Source: Clostridia bacterium
GTDB taxonomy: Bacteria; Bacillota; Clostridia; Christensenellales; Aristaeellaceae
Reading direction: 5' to 3'
Assembly: GCA_045617085.1 (NCBI GenBank)
Contig: JAZLHZ010000066.1
Location: 1 to 43,005 of the forward strand
DNA length: 43,005 bases
The translations under genes were made by a program, and so were the position numbers. Of this stretch, positions 9,037 to 16,828 are shown piece by piece. The first letter of the stretch is position 1; the number at the start of each line of letters is the position of its first letter. Below the pieces are notes generated by a model. It did no database searches. It had not been told where the DNA came from and saw only the letters and a program-made list of their open reading frames with translations.

Positions 9037-10419
9037 TCATTCCATCCATTCCGTATGATACGCTTTGCCTGTGTCGTCGTCGCTGCGCTGATAGGTGTGC
9101 GAGCCGAAGCAGTCCCGCTGCGCCTGGATCAGGTTGGCGCCGGAGCGCTCCAGCCGCATGCCGTCGAAGTAGGCCAGAGCGGAGGACAGCGCCGGGACGG
9201 GGATGCCGTTCATTACGGCAAAGGCGCAGATGTTCCGCATGCCGCCGATGCTTTCCCGGAGCTCTTCGGCGATGGCGGGATCCGCCAACAGGGAGTCGGG
9301 CTTTTTGCTGCCGTTGTATGCGGCTGAGATCTGATGCAGCAGTTTGCTGCGGATGATGCAGCCGCCCTGCCATATTTCGGCGATGGCGTGCAGGTCCGCA
9401 TCCGTGGCGGAGGAGATCAGCGAGAAGCCCTGCGCATAGGCAATGACTCTGCCGCAGAACAGCGCCTTTTCAAGGTCGTCCGTGTCAACGGCGCCGTTGA
9501 CGGGAGCTGCGGGATAGACCGCTGCCATCTGCCTGCGGGAAGCGAGGTTTGCGGAAAGGCAGCGGGCCAGCACTGCCTCGGTGATCAGCGTCAGGGGCTG
9601 AGCATAGTTCAGCGCTGCTTCCGAAGCCCATTTGCCGGTGCCCTTCTGGCTGGCGGTATCCAGCACATGATCGATCAGGTCATCTCCGGTCAGCTCGTCC
9701 TTCTTTTTCAGTATTTTGCAGGTGATGTCGAGAAGGTAGCTCGAAAGCCTGCCGTTTCCCGCCTGTGCAAAGAAGGCGGCGATTTCGGCATTCGTTTTCC
9801 CTGCCGTGCGCAGGATCAGATACACCTCGGCGATGAGCTGCATATCACCGTATTCGATGCCGTTGTGCACCATCTTGACGAAGTGGCCGGTGCCTCTGCT
9901 GCCCATATAGGCGCAGCAGGGGCCGTTTTCTGCTTTGGCACAGACGGCGGTGAGTATCGGTGCCAGCTCCCGATAAGCTTCGATCTCTCCGCCGGGCATG
10001 AGGCAGGGCCCGTTCAGGGCGCCCTCGCTGCCGCCGGAAACGCCCATACCGACAAAACGGAGACCCTTTTCCCGAAGCAGGGCGTACCTGCGCTCGGTAT
10101 CGAGGTAGTTGGAGTTGCCGCCGTCAATGACGATATCGTCCTTCTCCAGCAGAGAAAGCAGCTTTTCCAGCATCTCGTCCACGGGGGAACCGGCGGTGAT
10201 CATCAGCCAGATCTTCCTCGGCGTTTCGAGGGAGGCGACGAACTCCGCAAGGCTGTATGTGTCGCTGATGCGAGGAGAATATCCTTTTTCAATGAACTCT
10301 TTGACATATTTTTCCGGCTCGATATTGTAGACCGAGACGGAGAAGCCCTTCGAGGCGATGTTGCGGGCGATGTTGCCGCCCATCACGCCCAGACCGATGA
10401 CGCCGATATCGTTTTTCAT
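9037..10419 (-). CDS. gnd: 6-phosphogluconate dehydrogenase (decarboxylating)
   Basis: 460 aa. N-terminal Rossmann motif IGVIGLGVMGGNIARNIASKGF and full-length family-like sequence. GAGGTG RBS overlaps the upstream stop. Confidence 0.9.
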   Translation of the reverse strand: MKNDIGVIGLGVMGGNIARNIASKGFSVSVYNIEPEKYVKEFIEKGYSPRISDTYSLAEFVASLETPRKIWLMITAGSPVDEMLEKLLSLLEKDDIVIDGGNSNYLDTERRYALLREKGLRFVGMGVSGGSEGALNGPCLMPGGEIEAYRELAPILTAVCAKAENGPCCAYMGSRGTGHFVKMVHNGIEYGDMQLIAEVYLILRTAGKTNAEIAAFFAQAGNGRLSSYLLDITCKILKKKDELTGDDLIDHVLDTASQKGTGKWASEAALNYAQPLTLITEAVLARCLSANLASRRQMAAVYPAAPVNGAVDTDDLEKALFCGRVIAYAQGFSLISSATDADLHAIAEIWQGGCIIRSKLLHQISAAYNGSKKPDSLLADPAIAEELRESIGGMRNICAFAVMNGIPVPALSSALAYFDGMRLERSGANLIQAQRDCFGSHTYQRSDDDTGKAYHTEWME

Positions 10420-10422
10420 GCT

Positions 10423-11475
10423 TCACCTCACGACACGGGCATTGCCGTTCCAGATGCTCCATACCTGCTTTTCGTCCGAGGGCGTGGCGTAGTCCTCCAG
10501 CGTCGTGACCGCCAGCGCACCGGTAGCCCAGCCGAACTGCAGGCACTTTTCGCTGTCCCAGCCGTTTAGCAGTCCGTACAGCAGACCGCCGACAAAGCCG
10601 TCGCCGCCGCCGATGCGGTCCAGCACCGGGATTTCCCTCGAAGCAGCCACATAGAAATCGCCGTCCCTGCACAGCAAAGCGCCCCACCGGTGGGTGTTGG
10701 CATTGATGACCTGGCGCAGGGTCGTGGCATAGACCTTCGTGTTGGGGAAACGCTTGCGTACCTCGGCCAGCATGTCCCGGAAGGAGCTTTCGTCCAGACT
10801 GCTGTTGACAGCGGGCCCCTCGATGCCCAGCGCCAGCTGATAGTCCACCTCATTGCCGATCAGGATGTCCGACAGTGAGGCGATCTCCGTGAATGCCTCC
10901 CGCAGCTCCTTCTGGCGGTTCTTCCAGAAGGATTCCCGGTAGTTGAGGTCAAAGCTCACGAGGGTGCCGCTCTTCTTTGCCCGCCGGGCCAGCTCCACAC
11001 AGCACTTGGAGGTGCTTTCGGAGATGGCGGCAAACAGGCCGGACATGTGCAGGCAGCGCACGCCGTCCACGTCGAACAGCGTATCGAGGTCGAAATCGGA
11101 GGCACTGGTCTGTGCGCCCACCTCGCCGGCACGGTCGTTCCATACGTGCGGCGCCCGCACGCCGTAGCCGGTATCCGCCATGTTGATCTGATGACGGTAG
11201 CCCCAGGGTCCGCCTTGCGGCACGTCTCTTCCCTCGTATTCGATATTCCTGCGGCGCAGCTCGCCCTTGATGAAGGCGGACATGGGACAGCCCTCGACAA
11301 AGGCCGTCAGCGCCTTGGTGCGCAGTCCCAGACTGGCGGATACGTTCAGTACATTGCTTTCGGCACTGGTCGCCTGCAGCGTGTAGGTCTTTTCCATGCC
11401 CACCGGCGCATGATTGGCGGGGGTCATGCGCAGTCCCATGCTGGTGACTGCGATCAGGTCATACTTTTTGCTCAT
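10423..11475 (-). CDS. PfkB-family sugar kinase, 2-dehydro-3-deoxygluconokinase-like
   Basis: Start moved to the ATG at 11475 (MSKKYDLIAV..), preceded by AGGAGG. C-terminal PfkB signature DRIGGGDGFVGGLLYG. Confidence 0.8.
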   Translation of the reverse strand: MSKKYDLIAVTSMGLRMTPANHAPVGMEKTYTLQATSAESNVLNVSASLGLRTKALTAFVEGCPMSAFIKGELRRRNIEYEGRDVPQGGPWGYRHQINMADTGYGVRAPHVWNDRAGEVGAQTSASDFDLDTLFDVDGVRCLHMSGLFAAISESTSKCCVELARRAKKSGTLVSFDLNYRESFWKNRQKELREAFTEIASLSDILIGNEVDYQLALGIEGPAVNSSLDESSFRDMLAEVRKRFPNTKVYATTLRQVINANTHRWGALLCRDGDFYVAASREIPVLDRIGGGDGFVGGLLYGLLNGWDSEKCLQFGWATGALAVTTLEDYATPSDEKQVWSIWNGNARVVR

Positions 11476-11495
11476 GCGGAAACCTCCTGTTGAAA

Positions 11496-11590
11496 CGAAC
11501 ATACGGTTAAATTATACAAGAACACCTGTTTGCTATTTACAAGAACACTTGTTCTGTGGTATAATACATACAAAAAGAACAGATGTGCGA
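11496..11590. promoter_or_regulatory. divergent promoter region with four tandem GAACA-N2-TGTTC-like (LexA/Cheo-type) boxes
   Basis: Boxes: cGAACAtacgGTTa (11496-11509), aGAACAccTGTTTg (11519-11532), aGAACActTGTTCt (11542-11555, perfect 6-2-6 palindrome), aGAACAgaTGTGCg (11576-11589). Plus promoter: TTACAA (11537-42), 17 nt, TATAAT (11560-65) with TGg. Minus promoter -10 TATAAT is plus 11511-11516, preceded by TG. Confidence 0.5.
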
Positions 11591-11604
11591 AATGAGGGAG
11601 CAAC

Positions 11605-11844
11605 GTGATCGAGCGGATCTATGTGACGGTGTATGCGGTGTTTGACGAGCGGGGAAACATGCGCCCCAGCAGTCTGGTATGGAAGGGTGAAAAGCGGTAT
11701 ATGATCGATAAGGTGACGGAGCTGCGCCGTATGCGGGAAATGGACCGCTATACGGTGATCATCGGCGGGAAGCAGCGCTACCTTTTTTTCGAGACGAAGA
11801 TCCGCCGCTGGTATGTCGAGCGCGCCTTATCAGTTGTTTGCTGA
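11605..11844 (+). CDS. small basic hypothetical protein (79 aa)
   Basis: GTG start with GAGGGAG 5 nt upstream, downstream of the boxed promoter. No TM segment. About 17 K/R versus about 10 D/E. The last 86 nt overlap the convergent 5'-nucleotidase gene. Confidence 0.45.
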   Translation: MIERIYVTVYAVFDERGNMRPSSLVWKGEKRYMIDKVTELRRMREMDRYTVIIGGKQRYLFFETKIRRWYVERALSVVC

Positions 11845-13696
11845 CCTGTACGATAAAGAGGATGATCACTACGAGCAGCAGCAGGATGCCGAGAATGAGC
11901 CATACGTAATGGGAGGGATGGCTCAGCAGGTGGACAAGGTTCCAGCAGCTGTCGACGACTTTTCTGCCGAGGGGCTGTGCATATTTTTCGGGGATCTTTC
12001 CGCCGTGGGAGGCGGTATAGTCGGCGATGGCGACCCAGGCCTTGAGCTCCTCGCCGTCTGCGGTGATGGCGGCGTCGGGCAGGTCATCAATGGGGTCTCC
12101 GTTCTTATCCTTCAGCTCGATGCGGATGAGGCCGTAGGAGAAGCTCTTGACGGCGGCCAGCATCCGGGCGGAATACAGGTCGCTGACCACGCAGTAGAGC
12201 TTGCCCTTTTCTGGGGCGATCCGTTCGCCGTCCTTTTCCAGATACAGGTCGCTGACCATGTTGAGGAGCGTGCGGTGGGGATTGAAGGTGAAGTTGAGGC
12301 CGGAGGTATGCAGGCGGGCGTAGGTCAGGAAATCCGACAGGGACGCATCGATCTCGGCGATGGTGCGCAGCTCGTCGGCATTGACATAGACCGCCAGCAG
12401 GGGATAGCCCACCACGCCGTCAAAGCCCTTGCCGAGGGAATACATATTGAAGGTGTCGGCGGTGGTGACATCGCCGGGGTACAGGGTGTCCCGGATGACG
12501 CCCGCCGGGGCGATCGTCACGTCGGGAATGATCTCGCCGTCGGTGAACAGCGGCACTGCATACATGAAGGCGTCCGCAATGTATTCGCCGAGGTTGTTTT
12601 CCTCGTGCAGACCGTAGCTGTCGTCCACGGTGGCGAACTTCACATCGTTGACGGCCAGCACCTGATCGGTGGTATAGCCGAAGCGGGAAAGGTATTCTTT
12701 GTCGATAAGATCGGCATATCCGTTCAGCACCCCGACGAGGTCCGGATCCTCCTCGATGTCGGCGCCGAGGCGTTTGACCTCGTATTCGTCCAAGCTCCAG
12801 CGTCCGTCCGGTCCTTGGGTGAGGGAGAGGAGCCCCGCATTCTCGGCATACTCGCCGAAGGAGACGACGTAAGTATTGCCGACGATCTTCGGTTCGGTCA
12901 ATACGGTGTGGGTGTGGCCGCTGATGATAAGGTCCAGCTCCGGCACGGCGGCGGCCAGCAGCTCATCTTCGGACTTGTCCGGGTCGGGATCGGTGCCGCT
13001 GTGAGAGAGGCAGACGATCATGTCTGCATTTTCATTTGCCTTGATTTGGGCAACGGTGCGCTGCACGGCCTCGATCTGGTCGGTAAAGCCCACCTCGCAG
13101 ACGGGGGTGTCCTCCAGACTGCTCTTGCCGAACACACCCAATACGGCGATGTTTACGCCGTTTTTTTCGATCATGGCATAGTCGCTGCCGCCTGCATCCG
13201 CAAAGGCGTCCCGGATGAGGCCGCCGTCTCCGGTGCAGACGGAAAAGTCGATGTTGCATTCCACCAGCGCAGGCGTCGGATAGCCGCACTCCATGGCGGC
13301 ATGCAGCATGTTGGCAAGTCCGTCCGAGCCGTAGTCGAACTCGTGATTGCCGAAGGTCACGGCGTCATAGCCCATGTAGCTCAGCAGGCTCAGCTCCAGC
13401 GCATGGCTCTCGTACAGCGCCTGATACAGCGTGCCCATGGAGAAGTCGCCCGCATCCAACAGCAGAAGGTCGGGATCCTTTTCCCGCTGCTCCCGGATCA
13501 GTGTGCTCAGCCGGGCGAGTCCGCCTTCGTGAACGGGCTCATCGTCACGCAGATACTGAAAGCCCGAAAGATGGGAATGGATGTCGTGCGTGGCGATGAC
13601 GGATACGTGTTTGGGTTCGCCTTCGCCCAGACAGAAACCGAAGGACAACAGGGACAGGACGAGACAGAAGCAGAAAAAGCGCTTGAAAGACTTCAT
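11759..13696 (-). CDS. bifunctional metallophosphatase / 5'-nucleotidase with signal peptide and C-terminal membrane anchor
   Basis: Start moved to the ATG at 13696 (MKSFKRFFCFCLVLSLLSFG..), preceded by GGAGGAA. Motifs ATHDIHSH, LLLDAGDFSMGT, GNHEFDYG, ISGHTH. C-terminal hydrophobic stretch WLILGILLLLVVIILFIV followed by a basic tail. Confidence 0.85.
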   Translation of the reverse strand: MKSFKRFFCFCLVLSLLSFGFCLGEGEPKHVSVIATHDIHSHLSGFQYLRDDEPVHEGGLARLSTLIREQREKDPDLLLLDAGDFSMGTLYQALYESHALELSLLSYMGYDAVTFGNHEFDYGSDGLANMLHAAMECGYPTPALVECNIDFSVCTGDGGLIRDAFADAGGSDYAMIEKNGVNIAVLGVFGKSSLEDTPVCEVGFTDQIEAVQRTVAQIKANENADMIVCLSHSGTDPDPDKSEDELLAAAVPELDLIISGHTHTVLTEPKIVGNTYVVSFGEYAENAGLLSLTQGPDGRWSLDEYEVKRLGADIEEDPDLVGVLNGYADLIDKEYLSRFGYTTDQVLAVNDVKFATVDDSYGLHEENNLGEYIADAFMYAVPLFTDGEIIPDVTIAPAGVIRDTLYPGDVTTADTFNMYSLGKGFDGVVGYPLLAVYVNADELRTIAEIDASLSDFLTYARLHTSGLNFTFNPHRTLLNMVSDLYLEKDGERIAPEKGKLYCVVSDLYSARMLAAVKSFSYGLIRIELKDKNGDPIDDLPDAAITADGEELKAWVAIADYTASHGGKIPEKYAQPLGRKVVDSCWNLVHLLSHPSHYVWLILGILLLLVVIILFIVQVSKQLIRRARHTSGGSSSRKKGSAASRR

Positions 13697-13727
13697 GGCA
13701 ATTCCTCCCCGAATACAGTTTAAACAT

Positions 13728-13756
13728 ATTATACGGTATAAAAGAAAAGTTTTCAA
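13728..13756 (-). promoter_or_regulatory. putative sigma-A promoter of the 5'-nucleotidase gene
   Basis: Minus strand reads TTGAAA (13756-13751), 17 nt, TATAAT (13733-13728). Confidence 0.55.
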
Positions 13757-13805
13757 GCACTGCGGCAATTATTGCAGGAGATAAATCGATTTCTTCCGAA
13801 AACAG

Positions 13806-13834
13806 TTGAAAAATGTGACGGCGTATGCTATAAT
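13806..13834 (+). promoter_or_regulatory. putative sigma-A promoter of galM
   Basis: TTGAAA (13806-13811), 17 nt, TATAAT (13829-13834), with TGc extended -10. Confidence 0.6.
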
Positions 13835-13865
13835 ATGCGCAAAAGCTATTTGGAGGATAAAAGCA

Positions 13866-14924
13866 ATGAGCATTACATCCCGTTCCTTCGGTCATCTGCC
13901 CTGCGGCAGCGAGGCGATGCTGTATACCCTGACCAATAAGTCCGGCGCCAGCGTTTCCATCACCAACTACGGCGGCATTCTGGTCAGCATCATGGTTCCC
14001 GACAAGGCGGGCAAGCTCGGCGACGTGCTGCTGGGCTACAGCTGCGTGGAGAACTACAACCCCAACCCCGGCTATATCGGCGCCCTCATCGGCCGGTACG
14101 GCAACCGCATCCATGACGGCAAGTTCACCTTCCACGGTCAGGAGATCCAGCTGGCAAAGAACTCCGGCGGTCAGCACCTGCACGGCGGCGAGAAGGGTTT
14201 CAACCTCAGGCTGTGGGATGCCGAGATCAAGGAAGGCGACGGCGAGGACTTCCTGATCCTCAAGATCTTCAGCCCCGACGGCGAGGAGAACTACCCCGGC
14301 AACCTGAACGTCACCGTGACCTACTCCTTCAATGATAAGAACGAGCTGGGTCTGCATTACGAGGCAGTATCCGACAAGGACACCATCCTCAACATGACCA
14401 ACCATGCCTACTTCAACCTCGAGGGCGAAGACTACGGCACCGTGACCGCACACACGCTGGCCATCTATGCCGACCGCTTTACGCCCATGGATGAGAAGAG
14501 CATTCCCACCGGCGAGCTGAAGAACGTCGAGGGCACCGTGTTCGATCTGAGGAACGGCAAGCTCCTGTCCGACGGCTTCAAGTACGACAAGGAGGATCAG
14601 CAGCTGATCTACGGTCAGGGCTACGACCACAACTTCGTCCTGAACGGCGAGGGCATGAAGAAGGCGGCATATCTCACCGCTCCCGTGTCCGGCAGAGCCA
14701 TGACCGTCTATACCGACAAGCCCGGCGTGCAGCTGTATACCGGCAATATGATCAAGTGCCTCAAGCCCGGTAAGTGCGGCAGAATGTACGGCGTGCGGGA
14801 TGCCCTGTGCCTGGAGACCCAGTATTTCCCGGACACCCCCAACAATCCGCAGTTCGGCAGCTGTGAGCTGAAGGCGGGAGAAAAGTACGATTTCACCACT
14901 ATCTATGCATTCTCCGTAAAGTAA
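13866..14924 (+). CDS. galM: aldose 1-epimerase (galactose mutarotase)
   Basis: Start moved to the ATG at 13866 (MSITSRSFG..), preceded by GGAGGA. Motifs GRYGNRIHDGKFTFHGQEIQLAKNSGGQHLHGGEKGF are typical of mutarotases. Confidence 0.9.
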   Translation: MSITSRSFGHLPCGSEAMLYTLTNKSGASVSITNYGGILVSIMVPDKAGKLGDVLLGYSCVENYNPNPGYIGALIGRYGNRIHDGKFTFHGQEIQLAKNSGGQHLHGGEKGFNLRLWDAEIKEGDGEDFLILKIFSPDGEENYPGNLNVTVTYSFNDKNELGLHYEAVSDKDTILNMTNHAYFNLEGEDYGTVTAHTLAIYADRFTPMDEKSIPTGELKNVEGTVFDLRNGKLLSDGFKYDKEDQQLIYGQGYDHNFVLNGEGMKKAAYLTAPVSGRAMTVYTDKPGVQLYTGNMIKCLKPGKCGRMYGVRDALCLETQYFPDTPNNPQFGSCELKAGEKYDFTTIYAFSVK

Positions 14925-14952
14925 GGCTTCGGAACAAATTATTTACAATTAT

Positions 14953-14991
14953 AAGCGCCGTTTGCATAAAAAAAGCTTGCAAATGGCGCTT
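14953..14991 (+). terminator. hairpin downstream of galM (possible terminator)
   Basis: 14-nt arms aagcgccgtttgca / tgcaaatggcgctt with one mismatch and an A-rich loop. The trailing T-run is weak (tttgatgg). It overlaps the next promoter's -35. Confidence 0.45.
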
Positions 14992-15005
14992 TGATGGTGT
15001 ATAAT
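14977..15005 (+). promoter_or_regulatory. putative sigma-A promoter of the PrsA-like gene
   Basis: TTGCAA (14977-14982), 17 nt, TATAAT (15000-15005). Confidence 0.5.
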
Positions 15006-15056
15006 AACCATTGTGTATTATCTGCACTATATATATTTTGAAAGGATGTTATCCCT

Positions 15057-16469
15057 ATGAGCAAGAAGCTTGTGAAGGCCGCCGCTCTGGTGCTGGCTCT
15101 GATGCTGGTCCTGTCCGGCTGCAGCCTCGTCGTGGTCAACGAGGAGCGTGACAATGCGGAGGTAGTCGCAACCGTCAACGATACCAAGATCACCAAGGGT
15201 GAGGTCATGCCCACCTATAACTACCTGAAGGATTACTATTCCTACATGTATTATTACTACTTCGGCAATTCTGATATCTCCTCCCAGCTGGAGGGCATTC
15301 GTGACGAGGCCGTTGAGTCCCACATCAACAAGGAGATCGTTCTGCAGAAGGCTGCCGAGCTGGGCCTGAATGAGCTGAGCGAGGAAGATCTGGCCGCCAT
15401 CGCAGAGGACAAGGATGCCGCCATCGAGGAGTACATCACCGATTACGCCGAGGCCGCCAACGCCGCAGAGCTGGAAGGCGATGCCAAGCAGCAGGCCGTG
15501 CTGGAGTACCTGGGCACCACCGTCGAAGAGATCGAGCAGAGCATGACCGATACCCGCATCATCGAAAAGGTGCGTGAGAACGTCATCGCCGATGTCGAGG
15601 TCACCGATGAGGAGCTGCAGGCTGCTTACGACGAGAAGGTCGCCGCCGACGAAGAGAACTTCACCGCCAGCAGCTACAACTACGAGATGGGCCGCACCAA
15701 CGGCAGCGCCGTATACTGGAATCCCGAAGGCTATCGCCTCGTAAAGCATGTTGAGCTGAGCTATACCGACGAGCAGAAGCAGCAGCTGAATGCCATCAAC
15801 AACGAGCTGGATCAGATCGCCGAGGAGCTTGAGGCTCTGGAAACCGCCGCCGAGGAGCCTGCTGAAGAGGCAACCGAGGAGACCGAAGAAGTCGCTGAAG
15901 AAGAAAAGGCCGAAGAAGAGACTGAGGAGACCGCAGAGGCCGCCGAAGAAGCTGAAGAAGAGGCCGAGCCCGAAGAGGCTCCCAAGACCAAGGAAGAGCT
16001 TGAAGCCCGCAAGGCTGAGCTTGAGGCCGAGCTGGAGAAGCTGAATGCCGACATCCTGGATTCCTTCAAGGAAGTCACCGACGCCGTATATGAGCAGATG
16101 GAGCAGAGCGATGATTTCGACGCCATGATCCAGATGTATAACGAGGATCCCGGCATGTTCAACGACGCCACCAAGGACGGCTACTATGTAAGCGAGAACT
16201 CCGTGCTGTGGGATCCTGCCTTCACCGAGGCAGCCATGAAGCTGGAGAAGGTCGGCGACATTTCCGACATCGTGATGAGCAGCGCAGGCCTGCACATCAT
16301 CCGCTATGAGGCCGATGTAACTGCCGGTGCCGTTCCCTTTGACGAGGTCAAGGATACTCTCGCCGAGGAGAAGCTGGCCCAGAAGCAGGATGCGACCTAT
16401 GACGCAGCCTACGATTCCTGGTATGCTGCTGCCAAGATCACCAAGAACCCCGGCAAGCTGGCCGACTAA
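15057..16469 (+). CDS. PrsA/SurA-type peptidyl-prolyl isomerase lipoprotein (foldase) with a long acidic insert
   Basis: 470 aa. Lipobox LVLSGC. C-terminal parvulin-like region GDISDIVMSSAGLHIIRYE. Glu/Ala-rich insert of about 70 aa. Confidence 0.8.
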   Translation: MSKKLVKAAALVLALMLVLSGCSLVVVNEERDNAEVVATVNDTKITKGEVMPTYNYLKDYYSYMYYYYFGNSDISSQLEGIRDEAVESHINKEIVLQKAAELGLNELSEEDLAAIAEDKDAAIEEYITDYAEAANAAELEGDAKQQAVLEYLGTTVEEIEQSMTDTRIIEKVRENVIADVEVTDEELQAAYDEKVAADEENFTASSYNYEMGRTNGSAVYWNPEGYRLVKHVELSYTDEQKQQLNAINNELDQIAEELEALETAAEEPAEEATEETEEVAEEEKAEEETEETAEAAEEAEEEAEPEEAPKTKEELEARKAELEAELEKLNADILDSFKEVTDAVYEQMEQSDDFDAMIQMYNEDPGMFNDATKDGYYVSENSVLWDPAFTEAAMKLEKVGDISDIVMSSAGLHIIRYEADVTAGAVPFDEVKDTLAEEKLAQKQDATYDAAYDSWYAAAKITKNPGKLAD

Positions 16470-16480
16470 AGATCAGGCAA

Positions 16481-16516
16481 AAAAGCTTTCCGCAGTAATG
16501 CGGAGAGCTTTTTTTA
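16481..16516 (+). terminator. rho-independent terminator of the PrsA-like gene
   Basis: Stem aaaagctttccgca / tgcggagagctttt (one G-U pair), loop gtaa, followed by a T-run through 16515. Confidence 0.75.
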
Positions 16517-16520
16517 AAAT

Positions 16521-16702
16521 TAGCAATTAGCAATTGGGCGGCGCAGCCGCCAAAGGTCCCTCTCCACCTCAGTGGAGAACGAGCGCAGCGAGTTGGGTTC
16601 GGGAGTGAATGACAGCACAGTGCGCTGTCAGAGCCGAACCCCTCTATCAGTCATTATCACGCCCTATCCGTCTCGCTATCGCTGAGCTGGGGAAGGACTG
16701 TC
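16521..16702. repeat. modular GC-rich palindromic intergenic repeat, copy R1
   Basis: Left part (16526-16583) matches the left end of R2. 16634-16702 is an inverted, roughly 85% copy of the R2 core (..gcgatagcgagacggatagggcgtgataatgactgatagagg.. on the minus strand). Hairpins at 16537-16551, 16561-16578 and a nested one at 16595-16641. Confidence 0.7.
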
Positions 16703-16762
16703 TGTCAGATTGTAAACAAATGTGAATATTTCTCAAAAACACTTTTCTTATCAACGGGAATA

Positions 16763-16771
16763 TGGTATAAT
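16763..16771 (+). promoter_or_regulatory. extended -10 element (TGgTATAAT) upstream of the ten-gene operon
   Basis: TGgTATAAT at 16763-16771, 58 nt upstream of the ATG at 16829. No good -35 is seen. Confidence 0.4.
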
Positions 16772-16828
16772 GTATTAAATTGCTATAGGTATATACAAAC
16801 GGAGATTTACGGGGGCGAATGAAAGACT

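Noticed and set aside
8924-9373. N-terminal 150-aa extension of track ORF 8309..9373
   Set aside because: The extension overlaps the 3' part of gnd in another frame and is Arg/His/Pro-rich. An internal ATG at 8923 has an RBS and starts a clean signal peptide, so the short form was called.
11476-11502. Longer start (MFVSTGGFR..) for the sugar kinase and longer starts for the nucleotidase (13768), galM (13806) and Imm53-like (41469) ORFs
   Set aside because: In each case an internal ATG has a properly spaced Shine-Dalgarno sequence and yields a sensible N-terminus, such as a signal peptide or a conserved start. The extensions would overlap mapped promoter elements.
15790-16044. 84-aa highly basic ORF (KKRPKK-rich) and 120-aa Ser-rich ORF 15812..16174(-) inside the PrsA-like gene
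   Set aside because: They are alternative-frame readings of the GAA/GAG/GCC-rich acidic-insert DNA. They have no RBS and are fully nested in a well-supported gene.
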